63,324 bases of DNA, taken from the IMG/VR virus record IMGVR_UViG_3300020021_000007, positions 1 through 63,324 of that record; one strand, written 5' to 3'. Both the position numbers and the translations under genes were made by a program. The notes under the pieces were generated by a model. The model did no database searches, had not been told where the DNA came from, and saw only the letters and a list, made by a program, of their open reading frames with translations. Of this stretch, positions 1-8,570 are shown piece after piece; the first letter of the stretch is position 1; every line of letters starts with the position of its first letter. The DNA comes from a virus. Lineage: Duplodnaviria; Caudoviricetes.

Positions 1-140
1 TGCGAAAAGATAGAAGTTTCGAACGTGCGTTTTTCAAGGCTATTGGAATAATGATTGCTGTCATCGCAATCTTTGGTTCCATAATCTATGCGTTGATGTG
101 CTGGGTGGACACCGAGCCATGAATATCCAACGTCTTGGCA

Positions 141-188
141 ATTTTGTGAACTGGTTCAATATCCTTTTGTTCTGCGTTTGGGTATTAT
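141..188 (+). promoter_or_regulatory. Early promoter with CRP-like box
   Basis: TGTGA-ACTGGT-TCAAT at 145-160; -10 TATTAT at 183-188. Confidence 0.6.
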
Positions 189-221
189 ATGCCTACGGTT
201 AAACGCAAACGGAGCAAGAAG

Positions 222-341
222 ATGAACAAACTTACAGACGACCAGCGCTTTGCAGAGCTCCGCTCAATCACGAATGTGCGCCAGCAAATCCGTGCGCAAG
301 CTGCGGCCCTGAAAGCAGCCCAGAAAGCGGCGAAGAAATGA
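222..341 (+). CDS. Small basic hypothetical protein (39 aa), present only in allele A
   Basis: GGAG SD, MNKLTDDQRF...AAKK; stop overlaps next start (ATGA). Confidence 0.6.
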   Translation: MNKLTDDQRFAELRSITNVRQQIRAQAAALKAAQKAAKK

Positions 342-523
342 ACGCACAGCTTAAATTCGAACCGCTTAAGACTCAACCCATGCCGACGCGCGAGCGCTTG
401 AACCGCATCGCCGAAGGTTTGCAGGGTTGGATCGACGGTAAGGTTGCTGATCACAATGCGCGTCGCGCTGCGGATCGGCGGGTCAACTACTCCGTACAGG
501 GTTGGAGCATCGTCAATGGCTAA
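338..523 (+). CDS. Hypothetical early protein
   Basis: Second allele at 62852-63037 differs mostly at synonymous sites, supporting coding status. Confidence 0.8.
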   Translation: MNAQLKFEPLKTQPMPTRERLNRIAEGLQGWIDGKVADHNARRAADRRVNYSVQGWSIVNG

Positions 524-698
524 TATGATCAGTCTGGAAGTTGAGATCGTCATAAAGGCGAAGCTACCGTCGCTCACGCAGAGCGCTATACGGAAGCTTG
601 AGCGCGGCGGTGTTGTGGTTACCAGTGTTGACACCAGCGCGAACCGTTGTACCGTACACGGCACGCTGAAGGTGCAACCCTGGCGAACTAGGAGCTAA
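516..698 (+). CDS. Hypothetical early protein
   Basis: GGAG SD; allele at 63025-63231 conserved at protein level except C-terminus. Confidence 0.8.
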   Translation: MANMISLEVEIVIKAKLPSLTQSAIRKLERGGVVVTSVDTSANRCTVHGTLKVQPWRTRS

Positions 699-700
699 CC

Positions 701-880
701 ATGAAATCAATTCTGTTCGTATTGCTGATGCGCATCAACGGCGACACCAGTGCGGTAGCTGTGTACGAGTCCATAGAGCAGTGCCGTGACGCACAGCACT
801 CCGGAGTCAACATCGCTGCGGCATATAGCTGCCAGCCTGTTGATGTGCGCGGAACGCTGGCGCTACAGAAGCACAGATGA
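701..880 (+). CDS. Small hypothetical protein (59 aa, MKSILFVLLM..., two Cys)
   Basis: AGGAG SD; repeated at 63233. Confidence 0.7.
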   Translation: MKSILFVLLMRINGDTSAVAVYESIEQCRDAQHSGVNIAAAYSCQPVDVRGTLALQKHR

Positions 881-1254
881 ATCAGCGACGCGAGTTTGAT
901 GCAAGATGCATGTTGTTGTGGAGCGCTTGCCATCACAGTTCCGTCAATGTTTTACTGTTCGTACTGGCACGGCAGTTCCGTGACGCAAGTTGGGTGATGC
1001 CCAACATCAAGTCCTCAACTATGGTGTACACAACGCACCGTCGGCATGAGGCATCCTTACAGGGCCGCGCCTGGCGCTGGACACCGGGTGATACCGGAAA
1101 GAAGATAGGCGACGATGTTTGATTCCGTCGCGCTAGAGTGCTCTTGCCGGCACAAAGGCGCGGTCAACGGGCAAGCGTTGAAGCGGAGTTTTTGTGACAC
1201 GACACGCCTGGGGACTGGTGCCCTGGGCGTGTCACTCTTTGTAAGGAGAACGAA

Positions 1255-1446
1255 TTGGCCATTGACAAGAAAATGCCGAGCGCTCGAACAACTGTCGAGC
1301 TCGCGGCAATGGTGAATGCAGGGTTATGCCCAAATGGTTGCGGGTTGATGCACGACTGCCCGCCTGACGGACAGCATTGTCAGAAATGTGATTTCATGTG
1401 CGACGAACAACCTGATACACCTCCAACCAAAGAGCACACAAACTAA
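1255..1446 (+). CDS. Small Zn-ribbon protein
   Basis: AGGAG SD; CPNGC...CQKC. Confidence 0.6.
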   Translation: MAIDKKMPSARTTVELAAMVNAGLCPNGCGLMHDCPPDGQHCQKCDFMCDEQPDTPPTKEHTN

Positions 1447-1449
1447 GGA

Positions 1450-1674
1450 GTGATGATGCAACGACATAAAGCACAGACCCATTCCGGTTCTCATGCGAAC
1501 CTGGCAGTCAACCGCGCTCACAAGCGTCTTGCGCTTAAACGTCAAGCGCGTGTTACGATCAACGACAATCCAAACCGCGCAGCACGTCGCGCACCACTGC
1601 GCGCAGCCGCGCTCGCTGCCAAGATCGCTGCACAGTCACCGGAGGCAATTGTCAATGCACCGCCTTCGGCTTAG
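1450..1674 (+). CDS. Basic Ala/Arg-rich hypothetical protein
   Basis: AAGGAG SD, ORF in operon. Confidence 0.6.
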   Translation: MMMQRHKAQTHSGSHANLAVNRAHKRLALKRQARVTINDNPNRAARRAPLRAAALAAKIAAQSPEAIVNAPPSA

Positions 1675-1852
1675 CGTAGCTCTGCTCGCGCTCAGCGGCT
1701 GCACCACGATGCAACAGCATCCGTATATCACGACAGGCGCTATTGTGTTCCTGTCGACGTCGCTGGTACTCTGCACTCAGCACGATGCGCGTCAACCGAA
1801 CCATATGCGCATCCATGATCCGAATTGCACAACACCGGGAGCTTGTCAGTGA
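1655..1852 (+). CDS. Putative small lipoprotein
   Basis: GGAGG SD; MHRLRLSVALLALSGC lipobox. Confidence 0.6.
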   Translation: MHRLRLSVALLALSGCTTMQQHPYITTGAIVFLSTSLVLCTQHDARQPNHMRIHDPNCTTPGACQ

Positions 1853-2259
1853 TCCGTTTTATCTTCGACGCGCTCCGCTACCGCTGCGCATACATCGACC
1901 TGGATGGGTGCTTATTGCGTCGCATGCGCTGTCCAATGGGCACCGGAATGAAAGGCATCGACTTCCTAATGTGGTGGCGAGAAAACCTGACAGTGCGTCC
2001 GGTCATCAAGCGTCGCTTGCCGCTGCTCTACTTGCTGCGCCTGCTAGGCGTGAAGCTGATCGTGTGGACGAACCGCGATAACATGCTGCATCGTTGTATC
2101 ACGTTCGACTCGCTAGGTTATCATCAGTGGCTGTTCAGCGATTACAAGTTCTACGACGGTCAGAAGATCTTGTCGCGCGTGCCCGGACCTGTAATGGACG
2201 ACCAAAAGAACTATCTGGCTTGCGGCAAAGGTCGCGGCCTGCTAGTGTCGCAATTGTGA
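1849..2259 (+). CDS. HAD-superfamily phosphatase-like protein
   Basis: YIDLDGCL (DxDxx), VWTNR, K, MDD motifs. Confidence 0.7.
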   Translation: MIRFIFDALRYRCAYIDLDGCLLRRMRCPMGTGMKGIDFLMWWRENLTVRPVIKRRLPLLYLLRLLGVKLIVWTNRDNMLHRCITFDSLGYHQWLFSDYKFYDGQKILSRVPGPVMDDQKNYLACGKGRGLLVSQL

Positions 2260-2422
2260 GCGAACCCTTCCCTGACATGAAGATCTACTTGTGGCGGCAG
2301 TTCTGGGGCGTGCTATGTAGGCGCAAACCAGACTATGCACTATCATGCGATACGCTGCGGTTGATCGAAGGTGAGGAGTTCCGTGTCTACGGCAAGATTC
2401 TACCATTCAAAAGGAGACAAAC

Positions 2423-2740
2423 ATGCGAGCACTTCGAAACTCAGTTGCGTTCTTCGCAGGCGTCCTAGCTGTCTGCATGGTTGCGCGGGCAATGGGTGCG
2501 GAGCTACAGCAACCCGCGCCGCAGGTGTCGTTCGGCGTGATTCAGTGTGGTGACATCGTTGCAGTCTGGGTGATTACGCACGACGGCAAATTGATGCGTA
2601 TGGACGCGACCAATGCTCCGAAGAACGCGGAAGCGTACAACGCCTTCATCGCATGGATCAACAAAAGCAAGCAAGACCTATACGAGATCCCTTGCGCTGT
2701 TGCGACTGGCGGCAAACCGCGCGTGAAACAGCTGACATGA
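2423..2740 (+). CDS. Hypothetical exported protein
   Basis: AGGAG SD; N-terminal hydrophobic signal-like segment; two Cys. Confidence 0.65.
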   Translation: MRALRNSVAFFAGVLAVCMVARAMGAELQQPAPQVSFGVIQCGDIVAVWVITHDGKLMRMDATNAPKNAEAYNAFIAWINKSKQDLYEIPCAVATGGKPRVKQLT

Positions 2741-2893
2741 GGGAGATCATCAAGCTGAAGCCCGCTGAGTGCGTCACTGTGTTCGGTACGTTGATTCTCA
2801 ATCAGCATAAACACAAACCGATGTATGTACGCTTAGGTCGAAAGTCTGTTACAGTATCGGACCGCAAACCAGCGGCATACGGAGTGAAGAAAC

Positions 2894-3088
2894 GTGCCTA
2901 ATGAAATGGCTGATTATTACGGTAAAGACCAACCTAGCGCCTCATTCAAATGGGGCGTTATTGTACCTGCGGTGTTCGGTGCTACGGACACGAAATGGTC
3001 TGCTGTAGCGTGGTTCCGCTCGCGCAAGCGAGCTGTAGACTATGCAAACATCCGTTACACAGTCTACGCAATTGCGCGGATGAAATGA
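2894..3088 (+). CDS. Hypothetical protein
   Basis: ORF tightly packed in operon. Confidence 0.5.
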   Translation: MPNEMADYYGKDQPSASFKWGVIVPAVFGATDTKWSAVAWFRSRKRAVDYANIRYTVYAIARMK

Positions 3089-3537
3089 TGCGCGGACATC
3101 CTTGCCCTCTTGTTTTTCGTGGACCTATGTGCCACTATGCAGGTGCAGAACAGACGTGCGACAAGTCTGCTAGACGATGTCGCGAACTAGGCAACTTCCA
3201 CAATTACCAAGGGTGGCCCATGGAAGACGATTTAGAACATACCCAGCGCTTGCCGGTGCTACCTGATGGCACATGCAACTGTCCAAGCAAAGACATGATT
3301 GTGCATGTAGTCGGTTGTCCGCTGCGCAAGCCTCCGTTCCTGTATACGGTGACCGGCAAACCGCTATCTGACATCGGACTTGACGGCGCAATAGTCGTGC
3401 ATCCCGACGGAAGTTCGCATCCGTTGATCGGCATTTACTTCCACAAGTGGGATGACGACATTTCACTTTACGACAATCTGCGACTCGCGTTCGGTGAGCA
3501 ATACCCAGGTTGCTCGCTGGTGTTTGGACCGCTGTGA
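3085..3537 (+). CDS. Cys-rich protein with tail-tip (lambda gpL/BR0599-like) four-Cys motif
   Basis: CPLVFRGPMCHY..TCDKSARRC..GNFHNYQGWP; ATGA-coupled start. Confidence 0.55.
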   Translation: MMRGHPCPLVFRGPMCHYAGAEQTCDKSARRCRELGNFHNYQGWPMEDDLEHTQRLPVLPDGTCNCPSKDMIVHVVGCPLRKPPFLYTVTGKPLSDIGLDGAIVVHPDGSSHPLIGIYFHKWDDDISLYDNLRLAFGEQYPGCSLVFGPL

Positions 3538-3962
3538 GAGGAACTGATTTAACTGGTTCGACAGAAGGTTTTTTGACCTACATCGAAGAAGCTGGCATGC
3601 GCAAGCGAGAACGTTTGATCAAATGTAATTGTTCTTGCGGAAAACAAAACGTGATAGTTAGAGCTACCCATTATATGAATGGAACTGCTAAAAGTTGTGG
3701 ATGTTATCAGTCTATAATCGCTTCACAACGTTTTCTTAAGGACATGACCGGTCAAAAATTTGCACGTCTGACAGTTTTACGCAGAGACTTAACGCTTGCA
3801 CCTAAAGTTCGCCCTCATTGGATTTGCAAGTGTGAATGTGGAACAGAAATTTCTGTGCTAGGCTCAAACTTGCGTAAAGGCGGCACCAGAAGTTGCGGTT
3901 GTTACAGACGTGATAGATCAATTGAGGTGAATATGGGTAACTCCTACCGGACAGGTAAATAA
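3534..3962 (+). CDS. Homing-endonuclease-associated Zn-binding protein (no nuclease domain seen)
   Basis: Two CxCG...SCGC repeats, GQKFARLTVL; AT-richer than flanks. Confidence 0.65.
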   Translation: MRGTDLTGSTEGFLTYIEEAGMRKRERLIKCNCSCGKQNVIVRATHYMNGTAKSCGCYQSIIASQRFLKDMTGQKFARLTVLRRDLTLAPKVRPHWICKCECGTEISVLGSNLRKGGTRSCGCYRRDRSIEVNMGNSYRTGK

Positions 3963-3964
3963 TC

Positions 3965-4192
3965 ATGACAATCCAAACTGCCCAACTTGTCATAGATGCG
4001 CTGGTACGCGATTGTCAATCATTCACATGCGGTCAGGCTGGTGGGTCAGCTGAGTCTCATCGTTTATTTGCAATCGGCCTTTTGAATAAAGCTCGTAGAG
4101 AATTATTTCGAGCACAACAACTTGAACCAAAACCAGATGATACGCCAGAAGAACGTATATCTGATGATGGTTTGCCAAGAGGGTTCGAATGA
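3965..4192 (+). CDS. Hypothetical protein
   Basis: ORF in operon, stop overlaps next start. Confidence 0.55.
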   Translation: MTIQTAQLVIDALVRDCQSFTCGQAGGSAESHRLFAIGLLNKARRELFRAQQLEPKPDDTPEERISDDGLPRGFE

Positions 4193-4377
4193 ACTTCTAC
4201 CAGGTAACCACCGGCAAGCGTCAGTACGCCTTCCACGCGCGGAGCATCCAAGTTGCCTCCTCGTTTGTGCAGCACTGGCGCCCCGGTGTCGTCGTGACTC
4301 GCATCAACTACGCGCAGTTCTTGATGATGCTGAAGTCACGCTTGCAACGCTTGGCGATACAGGGGAAGCTCACATAA
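4189..4377 (+). CDS. Hypothetical protein, paralog of 4444-4686
   Basis: MNFYQV...IQVASSFVQHWRPGVVVTRI. Confidence 0.7.
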   Translation: MNFYQVTTGKRQYAFHARSIQVASSFVQHWRPGVVVTRINYAQFLMMLKSRLQRLAIQGKLT

Positions 4378-4390
4378 TGCCTTGATGTTA

Positions 4391-4444
4391 GAACTGTGAA
4401 CTACGTCACGTCCGTACCTGGTTGCATGATCTAAGCTCTATTCA
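4391..4444 (+). promoter_or_regulatory. CRP-like box promoter, leaderless
   Basis: TGTGA-ACTACG-TCACG 4395-4410 centred 41.5 bp before ATG 4444; -10 TAAGCT 4432-4437. Confidence 0.7.
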
Positions 4445-4686
4445 TGAACATCTACACTGTCGTTTCTGGACTGGGCTGGTACTTGATGCCGGCGCCGAAC
4501 ATTCAAGCTGCGTCGCAGTTCGTGCGGCACTGGCCCGGTGTCAAGGTGCGCCGAGTTACCGACGAGCATGTGGTCACGCAGCTCCATGCGAAATCGCTTG
4601 CACGATCCATTCAATCAGACGTACAACGTAAGCTCTACACACGTGAGGAGCTGCAATGTCTGCTAAGTGGGATCAATACTGGTTAG
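4444..4686 (+). CDS. Hypothetical protein, paralog of 4189-4377
   Basis: MNIYTV...IQAASQFVRHWPGVKVRRV. Confidence 0.7.
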   Translation: MNIYTVVSGLGWYLMPAPNIQAASQFVRHWPGVKVRRVTDEHVVTQLHAKSLARSIQSDVQRKLYTREELQCLLSGINTG

Positions 4687-5171
4687 AGGATGCGTTGCAC
4701 GTAGCGCGCAAGTCCAAAGACCCTTCGACCAAGGTCGGAGCGGTCATCGTTCGTGATAACGACAAACTCACTGAAGGCTGGAACGGGTTCCCGCGCGGTA
4801 TCGCTGATACTGTGGAACGCCTTGCTGACCGAGACATGAAGCTGAAGCTGGTGGTGCATGGCGAGATGAACGCGGTGTTGAACGCTGTGCGCATCGGCAT
4901 GTCGCTACGCGGAAGCACCGTGTACGTCGTCGCACTTGACGCTGTGTCGGGCGAAGTGTGGGGCGGCGCACCCTGCACACGCTGCACCGTCGAGTGCATA
5001 CAGGCTGGCATTGTTGAGTACGTGTCCTACCCTGTAAAGCGCGCTCCTTCGCGCTGGCACGGTGATTGCAGCTTCGCAGCGGGGCTCATACACGAAGCTG
5101 GGTTGCTGTACCGCGAGGTTGAATACCCGGAGGCGCTGTCGAAAGGCGGGCTGATAGATGTCCGTGCGTAA
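4656..5171 (+). CDS. dCMP deaminase
   Basis: SKDPSTKVGAVIV, GWNGFPRG, HGEMNA, PCTRC zinc motifs. Confidence 0.92.
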   Translation: MSAKWDQYWLEDALHVARKSKDPSTKVGAVIVRDNDKLTEGWNGFPRGIADTVERLADRDMKLKLVVHGEMNAVLNAVRIGMSLRGSTVYVVALDAVSGEVWGGAPCTRCTVECIQAGIVEYVSYPVKRAPSRWHGDCSFAAGLIHEAGLLYREVEYPEALSKGGLIDVRA

Positions 5172-5631
5172 GCAGACCACGCTTGCAAAGGCGGTGTTCA
5201 ACGTACTGCAACTAATTGGCGGTGATGCAAAGCACGAGTTTATTCAAGACTTCAACGCTTTGGATTCTTCTATTAGTTCTGATATCAAGCCACCGATCTA
5301 CGATAGGTCGTGTTCGATTACAATGCCGCTGTGCGGTGAAGTGGAGCTACCAGGTGACGACCGTACCGCCGAAAGTTGTCGAAACATGTATCCAGATCCT
5401 CGTGGAACATCATTTCCTCCTCAGCCTCCTAACCTTGGGGTTGCTAGCGCTCGCGATGTACTGCGTGAGCAGTCCGAGTTGATCAGCAAGTACGCTGCGG
5501 AATTGGACAAATTCATGCAGACGCATGAGTGTCGGCGAAATTGCGACACTTGCACTGAGCTACGGTCACGCGCTACGCTCGCCCGGGACATATCGTTAAT
5601 TTATTTCCGTGCAGCTACCTTGGAGGTGTGA
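5158..5631 (+). CDS. Hypothetical protein
   Basis: ORF in operon; C-terminal Cys cluster. Confidence 0.55.
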   Translation: MSVRKQTTLAKAVFNVLQLIGGDAKHEFIQDFNALDSSISSDIKPPIYDRSCSITMPLCGEVELPGDDRTAESCRNMYPDPRGTSFPPQPPNLGVASARDVLREQSELISKYAAELDKFMQTHECRRNCDTCTELRSRATLARDISLIYFRAATLEV

Positions 5632-5632
5632 C

Positions 5633-5863
5633 ATGTTCAGTCTATTGTTTACTCTGTTGTTCGTGCTTGCCGCGTTGATCGTGTCAGGTCTGTTCTTCAA
5701 GGGCCGCGTGTGGAGCCCGACAGTTACCGCGTTCGGTTATCGCGTCAAAGTCACCATCGCTGTGCCGCAGGTTGCGTTCAGCATTGCACCGGCACCCACT
5801 GCACCTGCTAAAGCAGCGACTCCCATTGAACAGACCCCGCCCGCGCCTCCGTCGGCCAAGTAG
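5633..5863 (+). CDS. Small membrane protein with Pro/Ala-rich tail
   Basis: GGAGG SD, N-terminal TM helix. Confidence 0.7.
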   Translation: MFSLLFTLLFVLAALIVSGLFFKGRVWSPTVTAFGYRVKVTIAVPQVAFSIAPAPTAPAKAATPIEQTPPAPPSAK

Positions 5864-5877
5864 GGTAAATAAGAATC

Positions 5878-5906
5878 GCCCCGTCCGTGATGGCCGGGGC
5901 TTTTCT
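5878..5906 (+). terminator. Rho-independent terminator
   Basis: GCCCC...GGGGC stem followed by TTTTCT. Confidence 0.6.
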
Positions 5907-6019
5907 CCCTTTATGATAAGCGGAACTCGGTGCAAGTTCTGCGGTCACATCGTACTCGCACCATGCGACGAATCTCAATCAAGTGAGTGTCCCAACAACG
6001 ATAAGGACGAAGACGACAA

Positions 6020-6466
6020 ATGAAGAACTATGTTCTTGGTTTTGCGTTTGATAAGCGCGCGGCAGTTGCTCTGATCTGCAAAGCGCGCCCGGACTGGCAA
6101 GCAGGCAAATGGAACGGTATCGGCGGGCACGTCGAACCAGGTGAGAACAGCTTCGAAGCAATGGAGCGCGAATTCTACGAAGAAACGACGATGCGCATCA
6201 AAGCGAATGCATGGCGCTACTGTGGTCAGCTGAAGAAGCTAGGAGCATACCATTGCGCAGTATTCACGACGAACGTCATGGACTTGCGGGTGCAAACGAA
6301 CACCGACGAAGCGGTCAAGGTTTTCACGCGACAAGAACAGGCATTGTTCCTCGATACAAGGGAATGGCCTTGCCTCGCAAACATCCTGCCGATGCTCTAT
6401 CTGTGCAACATGGCACCGGATCGCGAAGCAGTGATCCCCTTCTTCACACTGGACTATACAAAATGA
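6020..6466 (+). CDS. Nudix hydrolase
   Basis: GGHVEPGENSFEAMEREFYEET Nudix box. Confidence 0.9.
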   Translation: MKNYVLGFAFDKRAAVALICKARPDWQAGKWNGIGGHVEPGENSFEAMEREFYEETTMRIKANAWRYCGQLKKLGAYHCAVFTTNVMDLRVQTNTDEAVKVFTRQEQALFLDTREWPCLANILPMLYLCNMAPDREAVIPFFTLDYTK

Positions 6467-6726
6467 CAGACACACCGCTGCGCACCCAGTCGCGCAAAGC
6501 CAGTTTGATTGAAGCAATCGCGAATACGATGATCGGTCTTATCATTGCATACTTCATGAACATTCTGCTTTACACCGCGTATCACGTACAGGTGGGCGGT
6601 GGCACGGTGTTCGCAATTACCATGTGGATGACGCTCGTATCAGTGATACGCAGCTTCGTCCTTCGCCGCCTTTGGAACTCAGAGTGGTGGAAGCACTGGA
6701 AGGTGTTGCACGGACTCAAACGATAA
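6463..6726 (+). CDS. Small two-TM phage membrane protein
   Basis: QSRKASLIEAIANTMIG...SVIRSFVLRRLWN, common phage membrane family. Confidence 0.75.
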   Translation: MTDTPLRTQSRKASLIEAIANTMIGLIIAYFMNILLYTAYHVQVGGGTVFAITMWMTLVSVIRSFVLRRLWNSEWWKHWKVLHGLKR

Positions 6727-6765
6727 CTGTACGCTGCGCGCTGCCTTACCACACCTGGAGCCCGC

Positions 6766-8454
6766 ATGCCTAAGAACCATGGACTTACGAACGAAGAAGT
6801 TGCAAAGGCATTCGACAAATGCGGCAACGTCCTCAAGACCGCCAAATATCTAGGGGTCGCAAGATCCACCGTTCACCACCACCTTGATCAACTGGGCATT
6901 CGCCCGGGCAAGGCACTCGCCGGCGGTTCGCTCGACGGTGACATCAAAGAGACAGTTCGCGACCTGCCTGCTGAAGGTACGGTCAAACGCTACCTGCTCA
7001 CGTGCGCACAGAGCAACACGTACCTGAACGACAACGTATGGGACACCCTGCTCGGCATCGCAAAGTATTACGGCGCTGAGCTGCACATCAGTCGCTTCAG
7101 CTATAACAAGGGCGCGTATCTGAATCGAGGCAACCTGCAAAAGCCAGGCGCGTTCGAAACCGACGAACAAGACGAAGACCACGCAATCACTGACGACGGT
7201 GCGATGTGGTTCGATCCGCGTATCGTGCCTTATGCTTCCGACCAGCGTCTCGAGCTCGCGCCCGGGCTCGTGTTCTGCGGCGAGCTCAACATCTTGCCGA
7301 CAGCGGTGCGCCCGCTCAGCTCGCTTGAGTCGTACACCGGACGCAAGTCGTCCATCGTGCCGCACGTCAAGATTGCCATGGAGTCGGTTGCTTCTTCGAA
7401 CAGCGAACCGCCGAAGTTCATGTACACCACTGGCACAGTGACATTCAAGAACTACATCCAGAAGAAGGCTGGGCAGAAGGCGGAGTTCCACCACTGCTAC
7501 GGCGCGTTGCTAGTTGAGGTCACTTCGAAAGGCGACTGGTACGTGCGCCAGCTCAACGCGGATCGCAAGGGTCGCATATACGACCTCGGTGACCGCGACG
7601 ACGGTGTAATCTTGTTCAGCGGCAAAGAAAAGCCCAAGTTCAAGCAGCGCGTTGAGGCAATTAACTGGGGCGACATACACGTTGCGGAAGCGCTGTATGA
7701 TGAAGAAGTTATTGAGTTGAACTGGGGCGTCGGTGGCATGCTCGACGTGCTCAAGCCGAAGTACCAGTTCGGGCACGACACGTTCAGCTTCTTGAGCCGC
7801 AACCACCACGACGAAAAAGACTCGCACCGCAACTTCGAGAAATTCATCAACGGTGAGGACAACGTCGCAACAGAGTTGTTCAAGACCGGGCAGTTCATCG
7901 TTCAGCGTATGCAGCGTGATTGGACGAAGATCGTCATCGTTGACAGCAACCATGACCGCGCATTGAAGAAGTGGCTCAACGTTGCGAACTACAAGACCGA
8001 TCCGCTGAACCGCATGTGCTTCTTGCGCTTGGAGCTGCGGCAGTCGGAGGCGATTGCGGTCAAGGACGAACACTTCCACTTGCTCGAATACGCACTGGAA
8101 AACTACGGTGCGGTGGACCCGACTGTCGTGAAGTTCCTGCGCGAAGACGAAGGGTTTGTCATTTGCCGCGATTCATCAGGCGGCATTCAGTGTGGTAACC
8201 ACGGGCACCTCGGCGCAAACGGTGCCAAGCCTGCTCCGCTCCAGTTCGCGAAGATGGGACGTCGGCAGAACACCGGGCACACGCACAGTGCGTGCATCAT
8301 CGACGGTCTGTTCGTTGCTGGTGTCACCGGCAAGCCGAAGCGATTCAAGTACCGCAAAGGTCCCTCGAGCTGGAGTCAGAGCGACATCGTGACGTACCAG
8401 AACGGTAAGCGTCAGATTGTCACCAAGTGGCAGAACAAATACCGCGCCGCTTGA
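6766..8454 (+). CDS. T5 A1-like metallophosphoesterase/nuclease with N-terminal HTH
   Basis: KNYIQKKAGQKAE, WGDIH, LKPKYQFGHD, SRNHH, SNHD, NTGHTH motifs as recalled from T5 A1; N-terminal TAKYLGVARSTV HTH. Confidence 0.8.
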   Translation: MPKNHGLTNEEVAKAFDKCGNVLKTAKYLGVARSTVHHHLDQLGIRPGKALAGGSLDGDIKETVRDLPAEGTVKRYLLTCAQSNTYLNDNVWDTLLGIAKYYGAELHISRFSYNKGAYLNRGNLQKPGAFETDEQDEDHAITDDGAMWFDPRIVPYASDQRLELAPGLVFCGELNILPTAVRPLSSLESYTGRKSSIVPHVKIAMESVASSNSEPPKFMYTTGTVTFKNYIQKKAGQKAEFHHCYGALLVEVTSKGDWYVRQLNADRKGRIYDLGDRDDGVILFSGKEKPKFKQRVEAINWGDIHVAEALYDEEVIELNWGVGGMLDVLKPKYQFGHDTFSFLSRNHHDEKDSHRNFEKFINGEDNVATELFKTGQFIVQRMQRDWTKIVIVDSNHDRALKKWLNVANYKTDPLNRMCFLRLELRQSEAIAVKDEHFHLLEYALENYGAVDPTVVKFLREDEGFVICRDSSGGIQCGNHGHLGANGAKPAPLQFAKMGRRQNTGHTHSACIIDGLFVAGVTGKPKRFKYRKGPSSWSQSDIVTYQNGKRQIVTKWQNKYRAA

Positions 8455-8570
8455 AATCAACACGAGCATCGAAGCAGTATGCGTATGTGCCCGCGCGCCG
8501 CCACACAGTTGGGTTGTATGCCTGGAGAACCAGCATCGACGCGCGGGCCGTTTCTAACTAAGAGGTAACA

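Larger units (their letters stand above)
1..792. repeat. Left copy of imperfect terminal repeat (allele A of early region)
   Basis: 1-127 identical to 62657-62783; 710-792 identical to 63242-63324; the interior is homologous but diverged. Confidence 0.95.

Noticed and set aside
338-698. Diversity-generating retroelement TR/VR pair with 62852-63231
   Set aside because: Differences are mostly synonymous and not adenine-specific; no reverse transcriptase motif seen in any ORF
6463-6726. YhhQ preQ0 transporter
   Set aside because: Too short, only two TM segments, far from the que cluster
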